Shown: positions 40,133 to 56,179 of the stretch, piece by piece
Position numbering within the stretch: position 1 is the stretch's first letter
How the letters are laid out: each line of letters opens with the position of its first letter
Assembly: GCA_951406725.2 (NCBI GenBank)
Contig: OX597832.1
Location: 11,718,001-11,782,000 of the forward strand
DNA: 64,000 bases
Reading direction: 5' to 3'
Origin: Octopus vulgaris
Lineage: Eukaryota
Translations under genes and position numbers: made by a program
The notes under the pieces: model-generated
Told to the model about the DNA's origin: nothing
What the model saw: the letters and a program-made list of their open reading frames with translations, nothing else
The model's database searches: none

Positions 40133-41597
40133 ATTGTGCATATATGTGTGTGTATCTTTCTGTTAATGTGCCTATCAGTGTTTACATATTTATGCTTATG
40201 TTCCTGTGTGTATCTATGTGCAAATGTCTATAAGTGTGCATTTAGTATCTATCACTTATTCTGTTTATGCATTAAACAATTTCTAGTATTCGCTCAATGA
40301 ATAGTATTATCAGTGAATATTATGATTAATAAAGTTTGTCAAAACGTTGCCAAATATGAGGCGAGAGAGAGAGAAAAAAAAACTCATATCATTCCGTTGC
40401 GTCATAAGGTTATATGATATAAGCATTTCATCTTTTATTGCTACTTTTTTTCATCACTACCGTCATTATTAAAGCGAAGACATACAATTTATACCCCATG
40501 GGTTAAGAAGCAGAATACAGATTATTTTTTCTCATATGATTCACCCCTTTGAACTTTTCTAGATCATAAATTTGGAGATATTCATGTGAGGACAGTTTGT
40601 TCTAGATCACTTCCCTTTGGATAAATAAGAATTGATGTGAAAGGAATATAAAAGCAAACAATTTTGAGGAAGAGAAACGATAATATATAGAAGAAATGAA
40701 AGGACCAATAAATAAGGTTATGCGGAGTGAGAGCGTGAGAGGGAAAGAGAGAGAAGGAACAGACAAAGGGAGAGACGGAGAGAGAGAGAGGAAGAGAGAA
40801 GCAGAGTTTTAGAAGGAGAGAACAAATCGTGCAATAATAGAAGTCAATGGAAGAGAGATGGCAGTTAGGAAATGTTTAGGTTGTTATAAAGATTCCCAGC
40901 ATGTCTTAAAATCGATGTCTCATTTTATCTAATAAAAGTGTGATTTGTTTTGGTTTTCGCCTCCATGAATTCTTTGTTAAAGAAAATCAACATAATGTAA
41001 CTTAAACAATATGTGGCAAAATACAAGTTGTTTATTGCAGAGCAAGAATAAACATCACCAAGGGATTATAACCAAGATTCACGTTTATTGTTTTGGTTCG
41101 CTTCTATGTTTAATGTAGGGGAAATTGGAAAATTTGAGAAGAATTATATTTCAATTTAGACAACACAAGCACATTGTTTTTAAAAAGAATTGAAAGGTTG
41201 TTATAATAAAAATAAGAAACTGTTGCATATTGTAAAGGTCCAAACACACGCACACATACATCTGACATACATTATTTCATAATGTATTTTAATCTGTGGA
41301 AGCCCATCGTGGGCAATAAAACGACCATTATTATATATCTTTACAGTTGAAATAATTGACGAATTATAATACGTATTCCTTAACTACTACTACTACTACT
41401 GCTGCTGTTGTTGCTGTTACTACTACTAATGCTAATAAAAACACCACCACCACTAATACTACCATTACTACTTCCACTATTATTACTACTAGGTTTGTAC
41501 TCTCATGAAAGTAAAGAAAATAAAAATAGCACCGACTTAAACAGCAACTATAACATCATCATCGTCATCATCATCAACAACAGCAACAAAACAATAA

Positions 41598-41809
41598 TGG
41601 TTTCAAATGTTGACACAAGGCGAGCAAGTTCGAGGCAGGAAGGGACAGTCGATTACATAGACCCCGGCGCTCAGACAGTATTTATTTTAGCCCCAAAAGC
41701 ATGAAAGGCAAAGTCGACCTCGGCGGAATTAAGACTTAGAATGTAATGTTGGAGGAAAATACCACTAGGCATTATTTCCGGTGTAGTAACGATTCTTGAT
41801 GATGATGAA

Positions 41810-41850
<41 letters not shown>

Positions 41851-42261
41851 CAGATACAAAAGACCGGTGTCTATGGATGAGTAGGAGTGACCCGAAGTTT
41901 CCACGCAGTGGGACTAAACCCAGAATCATGTGATAGGGAATCAGGCTTCTTGCCACACAGCCAGGCCAAGGTTATACTTGTACAGGTTATCGCAGTCTGC
42001 TGTCAGTAGCAGTAGGCAGGATGTTGAGAAAATAGCGAACATATCTGGAACGTATAATAATGATTTCTTCTACTATAGGCACAGAGATCGAAATTTGGGA
42101 GGACGTCAGTAGATTATATCGACCTCGATGCTTGACTGGTAATTATTTCACCGATCTCGAAAGGTTAAAGGCAATTTCGACTTCGGCGGAATTTGAATTT
42201 AGAACTTAGAGATAGCTAAAATGACGAAAAGCATTTCGCTTAGATGATGATGATGATGATG

Positions 42262-42302
<41 letters not shown>

Positions 42303-42582
42303 CCTTTCTACTAAAGTCACAAGGCCTGAAATTTTGGAGGAGGGAACTAGTCAATTACATCGACCCGAGTGTTTCACTGTTACTTAATTTATTGACCCCC
42401 GAAAGGATGAAAGTCAAAGACGACCTGACCTCGGCGCAATTTGAAATCAGAACGTAACGACAGACGAAATGCTCCAAAGTCGGTGGAAGAGGAGCAGCAG
42501 CAACAACAACAGCAGCAGCAGCAGAAGCAGTAGTAGTAGTAGCAGTAGTAGTAGTAGTAGTGGTAGTGGTGGTAGTAGTGGT

Positions 42583-42618
<36 letters not shown>

Positions 42619-42850
42619 ATTGTTGTTGTTGTCCATTATTCTAGAGGCACAAAAGAGAATGGGACTAGACAATTACATCTAATCAAGTGCTTGACTAGTA
42701 CATATTCTACCAACCCCGTAAGGATGAACGGCAAAGCTAACCCCAGCGGGAGCTGAACTCAGAACGTAGTGAGTCGAAAGAAATGACGCTAAGCATTTTC
42801 TGGGTTTTTTTTTTTTTTCCGACACGCTAACGACTCTGTCAGCTCAGTGC
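41598..42850 (-). mobile_element. Stack of four family-C SINEs (about 41598-41797, 42064-42243, 42303-42485, 42635-42850) plus a family-B head (~41875-41970)
   Basis: Repeated core ATTACAT.GACCC...GAAAGG..AAAGGCAA.GTCGAC.TCGGCGGAATTTGAA; all on the minus strand, separated by trinucleotide microsatellites. Confidence 0.85.
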
Positions 42851-43739
42851 GATTGATCAGCCTCGAATCCACCATTTCGAACTGAACGCGCCTATGATTT
42901 GTAATCACCGTGTATTTTCATCACACAGATATTAAATCTCTCTCTCTGCAATCTTCCTTCGCTTTCTTTGTATTATTAAGATGATAAAGTGTGATATGAG
43001 AAACAATAAAAATGCGATTACCGCCGCAATAATAATATAATAATTGTTTATTTTCACAGCAATACCGAACACAAATCATTGCCCAATGGAAATGCGTTGC
43101 GTATCAGTACTGTGTATTAAAGTTCTTTATCTTGTGAGGATTCTTAGTTGTACAATAACTTAGAAAGAAGAGTATATGTATCTTCAGTTAGTACTAGACT
43201 TGTCTTATATATTGTGCTGGAGATTGAGTTCTGTATTAATCTGTATATATCTTAATCAATCTCGCGACATGATATTAGAAGAATTACGTATATTAATAAT
43301 TCCCCACGCATTTTTGCATAACTATTATCCCCTACATTGCATCTATATTCACGTCATTCTATTTAGATAATTTCTTCACTTCGTGACACATCTTCATGTT
43401 TTGGGACTGATACTTTAACCATAAGACATTTCCAATGTGGTAGTCATTGACAACAATATCCGATCAATTCACTCAGAGCTCACAGTCTGCTACTGTTCGC
43501 ATATCACAGAGAATAAAGGCTTGTACTTTATCAACGAGCTTTCAGTCACATGTTTCATGTTTATTCGATTTCTTTTTCTGCTAGTATTTTATAATGCCGG
43601 CAAATTTTTCCGTTGTATATCCTGCCTTTATATGTAGTCTCTCCTGGGTAAAACCGGACAACCAGAAAATAAAGCGAGTAATAATTTTGTCTCTGATCAT
43701 ATATATATTCTTAGTATTAGTAGCATCAAAGTGTCTAGC

Positions 43740-43948
43740 TAGCAGAATCATTAATACATCGAATAAAACCCTTAACAGTTTTACTTCCGATTCATTACGT
43801 TCTGAGTTCAAATCTTATTGAGGTCAGCATTGCTTTACAACATTTCGTGATCGAATAATTAAGTATCCTTCTCCAACGGAGATCAATGAAATTTGCGAGT
43901 CTCCATCTCTTGAAATATCAGGTCTTGTTCCTAAGATAGAAAGCATTA
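43740..43948 (+). mobile_element. SINE family C, diverged
   Basis: TAGCAGAATCATTA...TTACGTTCTGAGTTCAAATC...GGTCTTGTTCCTAAGATAGAAAG. Confidence 0.65.
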
Positions 43949-44296
43949 ACTAGAAAGTCTTCCATATAATAGAACCTTTCAATAAGGGAAAATATATCTC
44001 AATAACAAGAACAACAGCATTCAGTAAAGCTGCAGTAATATAAAAATTCAAAACGCTATTTTTGGCGTATTTTTGATGATATTTTTTGTGATGAAGCCGT
44101 ATACCATTTATTACATTTGTGATACATGCATCTTAGAAATATCACACTCAGTTTTATAAATATAATTTTCATATAATTTATTACACTTTGTAAAAGTTTC
44201 CAGCAAATTCTATTAAAGAATTTCAAATTATTTACAAATATCATTAGTTTTAGCCAGATTATATCACACACACACACAAACACACATACATACGCA

Positions 44297-44334
<38 letters not shown>

Positions 44335-44370
44335 TGTGTGTATATGTATGCAGGTATATATACATATACA

Positions 44371-44413
<43 letters not shown>

Positions 44414-45249
44414 GCTGTTTTATGTATGTATATATGCATGTATTATCTATTTATATCTATCTATCTGTCTCCCTATCTATCTGTCTATATATATACATAT
44501 ACATACAGATATATATATATATATATACATACAGATATATATATATATATACACAAATATGCATGCATTCATTCATATTGTAGCTTTTACATTTGCTTGC
44601 TTTTTGATATATATATTCCGGCAACAGCACTTAGACAGATTCCATAAGAATTTAAAATTTTAAACACTAGTTAAAACAATAACAGAAATCACACTTCATG
44701 TTTTCTTCTAAAGAATTCAGATAACATACAAGAGATGTAGAAAACAATCAGCATTATAATTATCAATCAAATGTTTATCAAATTGGCGAAGAAGCAATAC
44801 ATATTTTGGTTTATAAGAATTTGTACAAAGCAGAACGTTAAAGATAAATCTCTATGGAAATAATTCTATTAGCTTTCAAGTAGTGTAAAATGAACCGATA
44901 TTTAACTACAATATAACAAAAGATAAATATGACACGATGTATGGAAATTAAAGAATAAACTCAGTCGATGTACAACTTTTCTAAAGAGAGATGATTTCAG
45001 GAAATATCAAACATGGAGTTCACAATATATTTCACAATTTGTTTCTAATTTCTGAAACACATGCCCACATGGTGACCGCTTCATGTACACTTATTCAATT
45101 TCATGTAAACGTTCGTAAACACGTACTGTTTACATATAAACATACCTATATATCTAGTGTATGGATATATATAAATCTGTGCATATGAGCACGTAAAATT
45201 CTACTCATACATATGACTATACAGTTATATATATATATATATATATATA

Positions 45250-45672
45250 ATTGAAGCATTGAAATTTATCCTTCAGAACAATAAGTTTTTATTTGATACT
45301 ATCGACAGATATGGAATTGATATGGGAACAAATGTAGCCCTAGTTCTTTCCAACCTGATAATGTGGTAATTAAAATTGACTCTACATCTAGAATAACTAC
45401 GAAAATGAGGATAATCTTTTAACGAATATATTAAAGTGAACTAGAAAGATATCTGGATGTCTGCTTCATTCTTTGGAAGTATTGATAAACTATTCAAATT
45501 TAAAACACTGCTCAGTGGTTTAAATTCAAACATCCAACTCACAGTGGAATGCAGCAGAGAGAAACTTCCATTTCTTGATATTTTAATGAAATATTTCAGT
45601 AACGAAAACGAAATTGAAACCGACATCTCTTATAAACCCACCCACTCGAAGTAATACCTACGACCCAGTTCA
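45250..45672 (+). mobile_element. Penelope-like element reverse-transcriptase fragment (pseudogene)
   Basis: ALKFILQNNKFLFD...GIDMGTNVALVLSNLIM...RYLDVCFILW...LNSNIQLTVECSREKLPFLDIL...ETDISYKPTHSK*YL matches the PLE RT motifs G.AMG...AP..ANL.M, RY.DD, I.FT.E...LPFLD and T..Y.KPT....YL. Confidence 0.9.
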
Positions 45673-45779
45673 TACTAACATATATATATCTAATATAGGA
45701 GAGAATTTTTCAAAAAAAAAAAATTATCAATGGGCAGCATATTAAAAAAGTACCTTCAAAGGTTAAATTTATAAAAAAA

Positions 45780-45917
45780 ATTATAAACAAGGGCAAAAGA
45801 AAAACATTCTAATGCCAAATCTGCCGAAAAAAGACAAATTATATGGTTATTGACAATTTTTTCTTTTTTCGGCAGATTTGGCATTAGGATTCTTTTCTTT
45901 TGCCATTGTTTATAAAT
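45780..45917. repeat. ~60-bp-arm inverted repeat next to the PLE RT fragment
   Basis: TTATAAACAAGGGCAAAAGAAAA...CTAATGCCAAATCTGCCGAAAAAAGA versus TCTTTTTTCGGCAGATTTGGCATTAG...TTTTGCCATTGTTTATAA. Confidence 0.9.
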
Positions 45918-47241
45918 TATATATATATATATACATATACATATATAAAATGGAGACATTATACAAAATGTATAAATAGATGATGATTAAAGCACCGGCG
46001 CACTTTTGATTACCTGTTGTTATCCGTAGATTTATAATGTGTGAGATACAAATGGTAATATAGTCAGAAAGGTGCGTAAATGAATATATTTACTCGTCTG
46101 CTGTTACAAACCTTTCTGTTTCTACATTGTTGCATTTGAGAATGTTGTCTATAGAAAAGTTTTGGGAACTAATTTGCTCGTAATCAAGCACGGAATGTAA
46201 ACAGCTGGAACAAATTGAACGATGTATTTTGTATAAGGATCAACTATGTCGACTCACCGCTTTGGGTTCATACTATATTTTATGAGCAATAACCAAAGTA
46301 GCCCTTTAAGCGATTTAGAATCAGGAGGTAAAAGAACCTGAAAGAATTGTAATAAGTCGTTTTGGCCATACGAATGGACTGATGTTTCCTTGTCCAAGAT
46401 ACGATATAGGTTTCAAAAATGGATGATTACTATTTAGAAATCTTCGATAGTGGTTTCACTTCAATCAGACCAAATATGGCAATAAAGAACAAAAACAAAT
46501 ACTGTGAGAAATAATACTTATTTGGCAGTGATAATTGCTATAGTTATTGATACAGGGATTTGAGAGCAGGACATAAAATTTCGCAGTTGAAAGTTGCCAT
46601 CAAACTAATAACTACCACATTGATTATGTTACAAACAACCCCGCTTGCTGTACATCAACATCTATTTATAACATACGTGTAGCCTACATATTTAGAGGAA
46701 ATATATATATGCTTCCACATGTTTCCTGGCACCAGCTCGTTATATTCCTGTATATGATTTGAACTTAGAACACAAAACTGCACATCTAAATTTGATATTT
46801 TTTCGCAGTGCTACATTCTTCTCCAAGACACCAGCCATACTTGAGCACAAGAGTAAAATATCCTCTAAATATAATATTGTCATGAGAATGGAGTTTTCCT
46901 CGAGTAAAATCAATGAGACATATCTCGCATTGTTGTCAAACATTTGCAATATTTTAATCGTCACTTTCAAAGGTCAATGGTGGATATTTATTCTATTTGT
47001 AGCATATGATATTTCCAAAGTTAGTAAATTGATTTGCAGAACGAAGGTAGTTTACTGGAATAGCGGTAAAGTAAACTAGGTATAAGCATTTGATTGGTAT
47101 GTAGGTAAGAGCATCATAAAAACTATGTCATAGCATTTTGACAGATTCTTTACACTCACACTTGCCACTGATTTCAACTTCGCTTTTCATACTTCCGAAT
47201 ATTGATAAATAAAAGTAGCGATCAACGAACAAAGTGAATTG

Positions 47242-47291
<50 letters not shown>

Positions 47292-49319
47292 GTATGAAAC
47301 CATACATACCTGCGTGTGTATGTGCGTGCCTATGTTGTACAAATGAATTTGACTGTGACTTCAAGATTAACCTAAAATGCTTTTTTCAACAGTTACGACT
47401 TCAGGCGAATGTTAATATCCCTGTCAACTTGGAAATAAATTTGCTTCTAATCTCAACATTGCGTCAATAGATCATGTGATATTCCTTTGTTTTACACAAA
47501 CAAGCTGGAGAAAGCAAACTTCAGTATATTTATACATATACATATATATATATACGTATGCAGACACGTATATAAAATCAGTGTTGATTATGATTTTTTT
47601 TTTATGTTTCAACTTGGTTTTTCTACAAAGAAATTTTGATATGAGGAGTAACATCCTACAATAAGTACTGGCGTTGAAAAGATCGACTAAATCTTCCGAA
47701 TTTGGTGTCCCACTATGGCCGCTATTTAATGACTAAAGCCAGCCCAGAGTAGAAAGTTTATTGATAGAACAGTCAGAAATTTCACAGTGTATTGCAATGT
47801 ATTGTTATCTCTTGTATCGGTGCGTGAAAACCAATCAATCTAGTGATAGCTAATAAGTAAATTAGTCAATAAAGCAATCAATTAATTGCTGATATGTCAA
47901 TTAGACAATTGATTATTCAACGAAGCAATCAACCAACCTACCAACCAACCGACCAATCAACAAACCAACCTACCCACCAACGTAACAAACAAACTAAATA
48001 CCCAAAGAAATCAATGATTGATTCATTGACTAATTTCAATATGATGCGATCAAATATAATGTTTCTTCCGTATACAGAGAAATCGAATGTTTTAAAACTT
48101 TTCTGTATACGCTCTTGTCTTGTGTCTCTGCCTTTCTAGCTTTCGTACTCTCTTTATCTAAGAAACATCTATTATATTCCCTCCTTATATCTCTTGGGTT
48201 TACAAGCTAACTCACTCTCTATATCACAACCTCTGGTTTATATATTGAATTCTCTCTCTGTCTCTCATTCACTTACTGGCTACGTATAATTTTTGACTTC
48301 CTTTCTACGTATCTCCATATACTTAATATTCGATTGCTCTTAACAATTGTAGTATTGCTTAGTATAGATTTTTCTATACTAAGGACATGTCATAATGCGA
48401 CAGCATCTTTCCAATTCGGTTTTCTGTATATCGATGTTCACTAATAGCATATAATTGGCCTCGGTGCTGCTTAATTCGTAAAAGGAATCCCTAATCGATG
48501 ATAGATCCGTTTAGACAAAATATAATTTTATTGTTCTTTTTCTCGTATCAAATATTTCAAAAGAATGCAATACACACACACACACACACACACACATTAA
48601 TGTGTACATATATATGTGTATGTGTATGTATGTGTTTATATATATATATATAAATATATATACATATACATATATATTTATACATACACACATATATATA
48701 TATACATATATATATACATACATATAAACATATATATATATATATATATATACATATATATATACATACATATATATGCATATGTATGTATCTATATATA
48801 TATATACACATATATATATGTATGTATCTATATATATATAGACACACACACACACACACATATATATACATATATATATATATGTATGCATTCATAAAAA
48901 ACGTATACATATATGCATATGTGTGTGTGTGTGCGTGAGTAAGTTTATAAATGTCAGCTTGCGTTAACAGAAAGAAAATAACAACTTGATAAACACGTTT
49001 CGACAGCCACAAAATTTCAATTCTCACAAAGAAAACATCTGGTTTTTTTTTTTTTCCTTTTTCTTTTCTTCCGCTTTTTTTTCCCCTTCGAAATATATAA
49101 GATTATTTCATTCCTACTGATTTGCATTATACTGCATCGCTAAAATGATCTTTAGATACTTGACGGTTTCTTTTGGAAGAGTAAATATATATATGTGAAG
49201 AGAAACGGTACGCACCGGGAGAGTGAGAACACTACTGTTAAATTATAGCTCATCGTTAAATGCTCAAATGGTTCAATATAAATATATATACATAATTACA
49301 TACATACATATGTATACAT

Positions 49320-51755
<2,436 letters not shown>

Positions 51756-52095
51756 ACACACACGTGGACATGTGTTTTGCTATATTATTAGCTTAGCAGC
51801 AGCAACATAAAGTAATGGATGCATATATGATTCGAACCTGGGCATGAATGATTCGGTGATTCAGAAGTGAACTGCTGCTTTCTGCAAAATCGACTTCTGA
51901 GAGCATATTCGATCGCTACATGTTGAATCGAACTCTGCTCAGCGAATCGACTAGATAACGTATTTAGGCCTCTAAACCTAATTATAGACAAGAATACTGA
52001 CTATTATCGAATATGCACACATATCGTACACGCATCTACACATACAAACATAAATACATATATGCATACATACATATTTATATACAGATATATAA

Positions 52096-52140
<45 letters not shown>

Positions 52141-52143
<3 letters not shown>

Positions 52144-52598
52144 CGTTTGATGGGTAAATTGCTGCCGTTTTATAATTTTCATTTCGCGCATGCGCATTGT
52201 TTGCTTTTGATTTTGTCGATTAAAGATTATAGTAGGGTCAGTTGGGCACTGTCCGTGATGCAATTCCCTCTGCCAGAAATTTGGATGCGGTATATACTGC
52301 TTGGCATTCTCGCCAGAAACTCCAATACGAACATTTCAGACCGGGTGTCATTATGAGGACAGTGCAATTCTGAGAATATATACCGAGAATGATAAAGATC
52401 AAACATCGAGTCAACATCATGGTGTTTTGAGTGATCACTAGTGATGGTGACGTTATGCCTGTATTCATCTTCCCAAACGGCCTCACTCTTGAAACTGAAG
52501 CCTTCATCAAGTTCACGGAGGAGGTAGTGCTACCCTGGGTCATGAGCGTGGCTGCTGGAAGACCGTATGTCTGGCAAACAAAACTCTGCACCAGGCCA
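52141..52598 (+). mobile_element. Second DD37D (maT-like) copy, 5' part only
   Basis: Same 5' UTR as 33300-33120 (GATGGGTAAATTG...GCGCATGCGCATTGTTTG...GTAGGGTCAGTTGGGCAC), followed by VITSDGDVMPVFIFPNGLTLETEAFIKFTEEVVLPWVMSVAAGRPYVWQ. Confidence 0.88.
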
Positions 52599-53159
52599 TT
52601 CAAGCATCCTCTAAGCCATTCAAGAATTTGGACATGGAGATCTCCATTTCGAGCGACTTCGAGGGCCACCTCCCAGTGGTGTCGGGCGTCAACGAAGAGC
52701 CCTCAACTACATGAAGAGGAACAAAGTATTTTTTTCCAAGGTCTGGTGTCTCCCGCCCCTAAGCGCTAGACCATCACTCAATCCCCCTTACACTTCTTGA
52801 TGCTTAACAACAACAACAACAGCATCCGCTAATGTAGCAACGATGCTAGCATGAATGCCATTCGGGGATAAATCCATTTTCTGCAGGTGCATGTTGACAC
52901 TGCCGTGCCAGATTTTATCCACTTTCAAGAGAATTCGCTATTAGTTACATTTGAATCTTCTAAAATAGTCAGATGTCAGTTTACTTGGAGAGAAGCAATG
53001 CAGTTCTTAAGTTCTGAAATAAATGTTTACAAGATACTACAGTTGTAACATCACACTTTCATAGTCAGCATTGAATTTATCAGCCCATCCTCGTTGGTAT
53101 ATGAAAAAAATACAAACTACTGAGTTGTAGTGGTGAATATTTTAATGCCCTTCATAATA

Positions 53160-53375
53160 TTGGTTTCAAATATTGGCAAACGTACAGCAATTTCAGGAGG
53201 AGGGGTAAGTAGATTACATCAATCCTAGTGTTTCGCTGCTACTTGTTTTATTTATCCCGATAGAATGAAAGGTAATGTTGCTCTCTGCGAAATCTGAAAT
53301 CAGAACGTAAAGACAGGCGAAATAGCGTTATGCATTTTGCCCAGCGTGTTAATGATTCTGCCTGCTTGCCACCTT
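53160..53375 (-). mobile_element. SINE family C
   Basis: CAGCAATTTCAGGAGGAGGGGTAAGTAGATTACATC...CAGAACGTAAAGACAGGCGAAAT...TTCTGCCTGCTTGCCACC. Confidence 0.75.
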
Positions 53376-53499
53376 TAATGCACTGCAAAACATTACATTA
53401 CAAATGTATAAAAATTCTTCTTTCGAAAACTATTCATATATGCATATCAGTTTTCCCAGAACCACATCCCTACACACATACACATAAATATTTGTTTCT

Positions 53500-53548
53500 T
53501 TATCTATCTATCTTTCTATCTATCTAAGTATCTGTCTGTCTGTCTGTG

Positions 53549-53629
<81 letters not shown>

Positions 53630-53640
53630 GTCTATGTATG
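53500..53640. repeat. (TCTA)n microsatellite
   Basis: Seen directly. Confidence 0.95.
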
Positions 53641-53834
53641 TATATATACATAGAGAGGGAGTAGAGAGAGAAAAAAGGGATATAGTTAGATAAATAGATA
53701 GATAGATACACAGACAGATATACTTTTTATTACAATTTCAAAACTATTCATCACAACTGTCCAGCGAACGGAGACGTGAATCTCAGATTCTGTGATAATT
53801 TTGCAGATGTAACAATATATGTGTGGTAAGTATA

Positions 53835-54209
53835 GGCGCAGGAGTGGATGTGTGCTAAGTGGTACTTTGGGCAAGTGTCTTCTACTATAACCTCGGGCCG
53901 ACCTAAGCTTTGTCTGTGGATTTGGTAGACGGAAACTGATAGAAGTCCGTCGTATATGTATGTGTGTGTGTGTTTGTATGTGTCTATGTTTGTGTATCTG
54001 TGTCTGTCCCCACAAAATCGCTGGACAACTGATTCTGGCGTGGTTACGTTCTCTCTAAACTAGCAGTTCGGCAAAGAAGACTGACAAAATAAGTTCTAGG
54101 CTTACAAAGAATAGGTCTTGGGGTCGATTTTCTCGACAAAGGGTCGTGCTCCAGCATGACCGCAGTTAAATGACTGAAACAAGTAAAATAATTTTAAAAA
54201 TAAAAGAAT
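53835..54209 (+). mobile_element. SINE family B with B-box region deleted
   Basis: GGCGCAGGAGTGGATGTGTG...GGGCAAGTGTCTTCTACTATA...GTGCTCCAGCATGACCGCAGTTAAATGACTGAAACAAGTAAA. Confidence 0.88.
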
Positions 54210-54244
54210 ATATATATATGTGTGTGTGTTTGTATGTATGTATG

Positions 54245-54662
54245 CACAATTCATCGTGCCAAACAGGATAAAAGATTTGTTAAAGTCGAGGAAATTGTAG
54301 TGTATGTCAGATTGGTGCTGCAGCTGTTTCTCAGTGAGTGGTCTGATATCGAAATATCTGCTGCACAGAACTCCATTTGAGCCTAAATCCTAGCTCTTCT
54401 TATAGAAGCACTTCGTCCCTCTTCACCTGAAGTCTATTTAGCAGAACACTTGGCAATTCTTTGCAGGAACGACTAATTAGGTTGACTGTTTTATAATTCT
54501 GCCTTCCTTGGTATTGGATATCATCAGTGATTGGGCCAACTCCTTTGATCACTGCTTCCCTCCCATATCCTCTGACGTAAACGTTTGTGCCTGATAAGCT
54601 TTGACTCTGCACGTTTTCGTATCTCTGATGAGATGTTATGCACTCTTGACGATGAAAGATGT
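54245..54662 (-). mobile_element. RTE LINE, RT N-terminal fragment (inverted)
   Basis: QNYKTVNLISRSCKELPSVLLNRLQVKRDEVLL*EELGFRLKWSSVQQIF/IRPLTEKQLQHQSDIHYNFLDFNKSF/VWHDEL fits the RTE pattern NYR.ISL.S...K....NRL...L.EEQ.GFR...T..QIF....EK......FIDF.KAFD.VWH. Confidence 0.85.
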
Positions 54663-54925
54663 ACGAGCACAAAAATGAAGGATTGCCTGATACGGTCAGT
54701 TATTATGCTACATCTCCCTGTCCATAACTGTGTTTCAGAACATAATTGCGGATGGGTGAAAGAGATGTAGACGGACAGAGAACATCTTGTTTTGACAACG
54801 CTAAAGACATGTCATAATACCACATCCCTGCTACGCATGGCGGGGAACATAGACCAATGGCGACGTTTGACTACACAATCGTCTAGAGCGTCACACTTAC
54901 GATTGACTCGATGATAGCGATGACA
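54663..54925 (+). mobile_element. RTE LINE 3' end
   Basis: A*YGQLLCYISLSITVFQNIIADG*KR/GQRTSCFDNAKD/TSLLRMAGNIDQWRRLTTQSS fits WYGH..R..SL.K.ILQG...G.R.RG.QR..W.DN.K...L.R.A.DR..WR. Ends in a GAT-like repeat. Confidence 0.75.
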
Positions 54926-55376
54926 GTGGAACATTTAGATCTCATCAACCGCGACTGCATTTACCGCCTCCTGGAAGTAGCTTTAGTAGACGTTAAGTCG
55001 AGCAAAGTTTATTGGTTAAATCAGTCTGGTGTTTGGGCGTTTAGCAGCGTTGTGGTTTATGACTGATGTATCTTTCTCTGCGCGATGAACGATATGTTTA
55101 TTAATCATATGCTTAGAAAAGTTGTTTACAATATTTATATGTTTGTGTGTGTGTGTGTGTGTGTGTGTAAATATATATACATATATATATACACATATAT
55201 ATATGTATACACATATATATATATGTATACAAATATATATATGTATACATATATATATATATATACATATATATATACATATCTATATGTGTACATATAT
55301 ATATACACATATATATATGTGTACATATATATGTATATATGTGTATATATATATGTGTATATATATATATGTATAT

Positions 55377-55577
55377 GTATGTGCATATATATATATATGT
55401 ATGTATATGTATGTGCATATATATATATATGTATGTATATGTATGTGCATATATATATATATGTATGTATATGTATGTGCATATATATATATATGTATGT
55501 ATATGTATGTGCATATATATATATATGTATGTATATGTATGTGCATATATATATATATGTATGTATATGTATGTGCT

Positions 55578-55600
<23 letters not shown>
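55377..55600 (+). repeat. 32-bp minisatellite, 7 copies, built from TA/TG dinucleotides
   Basis: GTGC recurs at 55381, 55413, 55445, 55477, 55509, 55541 and 55573 (exact period 32). Confidence 0.93.
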
Positions 55601-55610
<10 letters not shown>

Positions 55611-56085
55611 CCGTATGTATGAATGTGTATATATATATATGTGTATGTTTGTGTATACACAAATATATACACCCATATATATATATATTTATATAGATGT
55701 ATACTTATTCATAGATACATGATATATAAATACATGATATATTCCCATCGATCATTGTTAATTTGCGCAAAGAACTAAACCAGACTAGTTAGAATTTAAA
55801 TAATTTGTTTCGGGGAACACATTTTCTGTGTGTAAGCCATGAGACAAGTGCAAACTATATCCAAGCAAAAAAAAAAAAAACATAAATAAATAAACTTGCA
55901 ATCAATCACATTAAGTATATAGTATGGCCTTGATATATTGGCTTTCTTTTTTTTTTACGGTATTTGTATTTAGGATTGACATAAATGCATTACAACAATA
56001 TTTCTAGCGAAACAGCCACATTGGCATCATATGACTATTACCACTAACAACAGTAAACATCATTCTCTACTTCTACTACCAGTAG

Positions 56086-56124
<39 letters not shown>

Positions 56125-56179
56125 CACTACTACTACTACCGCCACCGAAACAACAACAACAGCAAGATAATAATAATGC

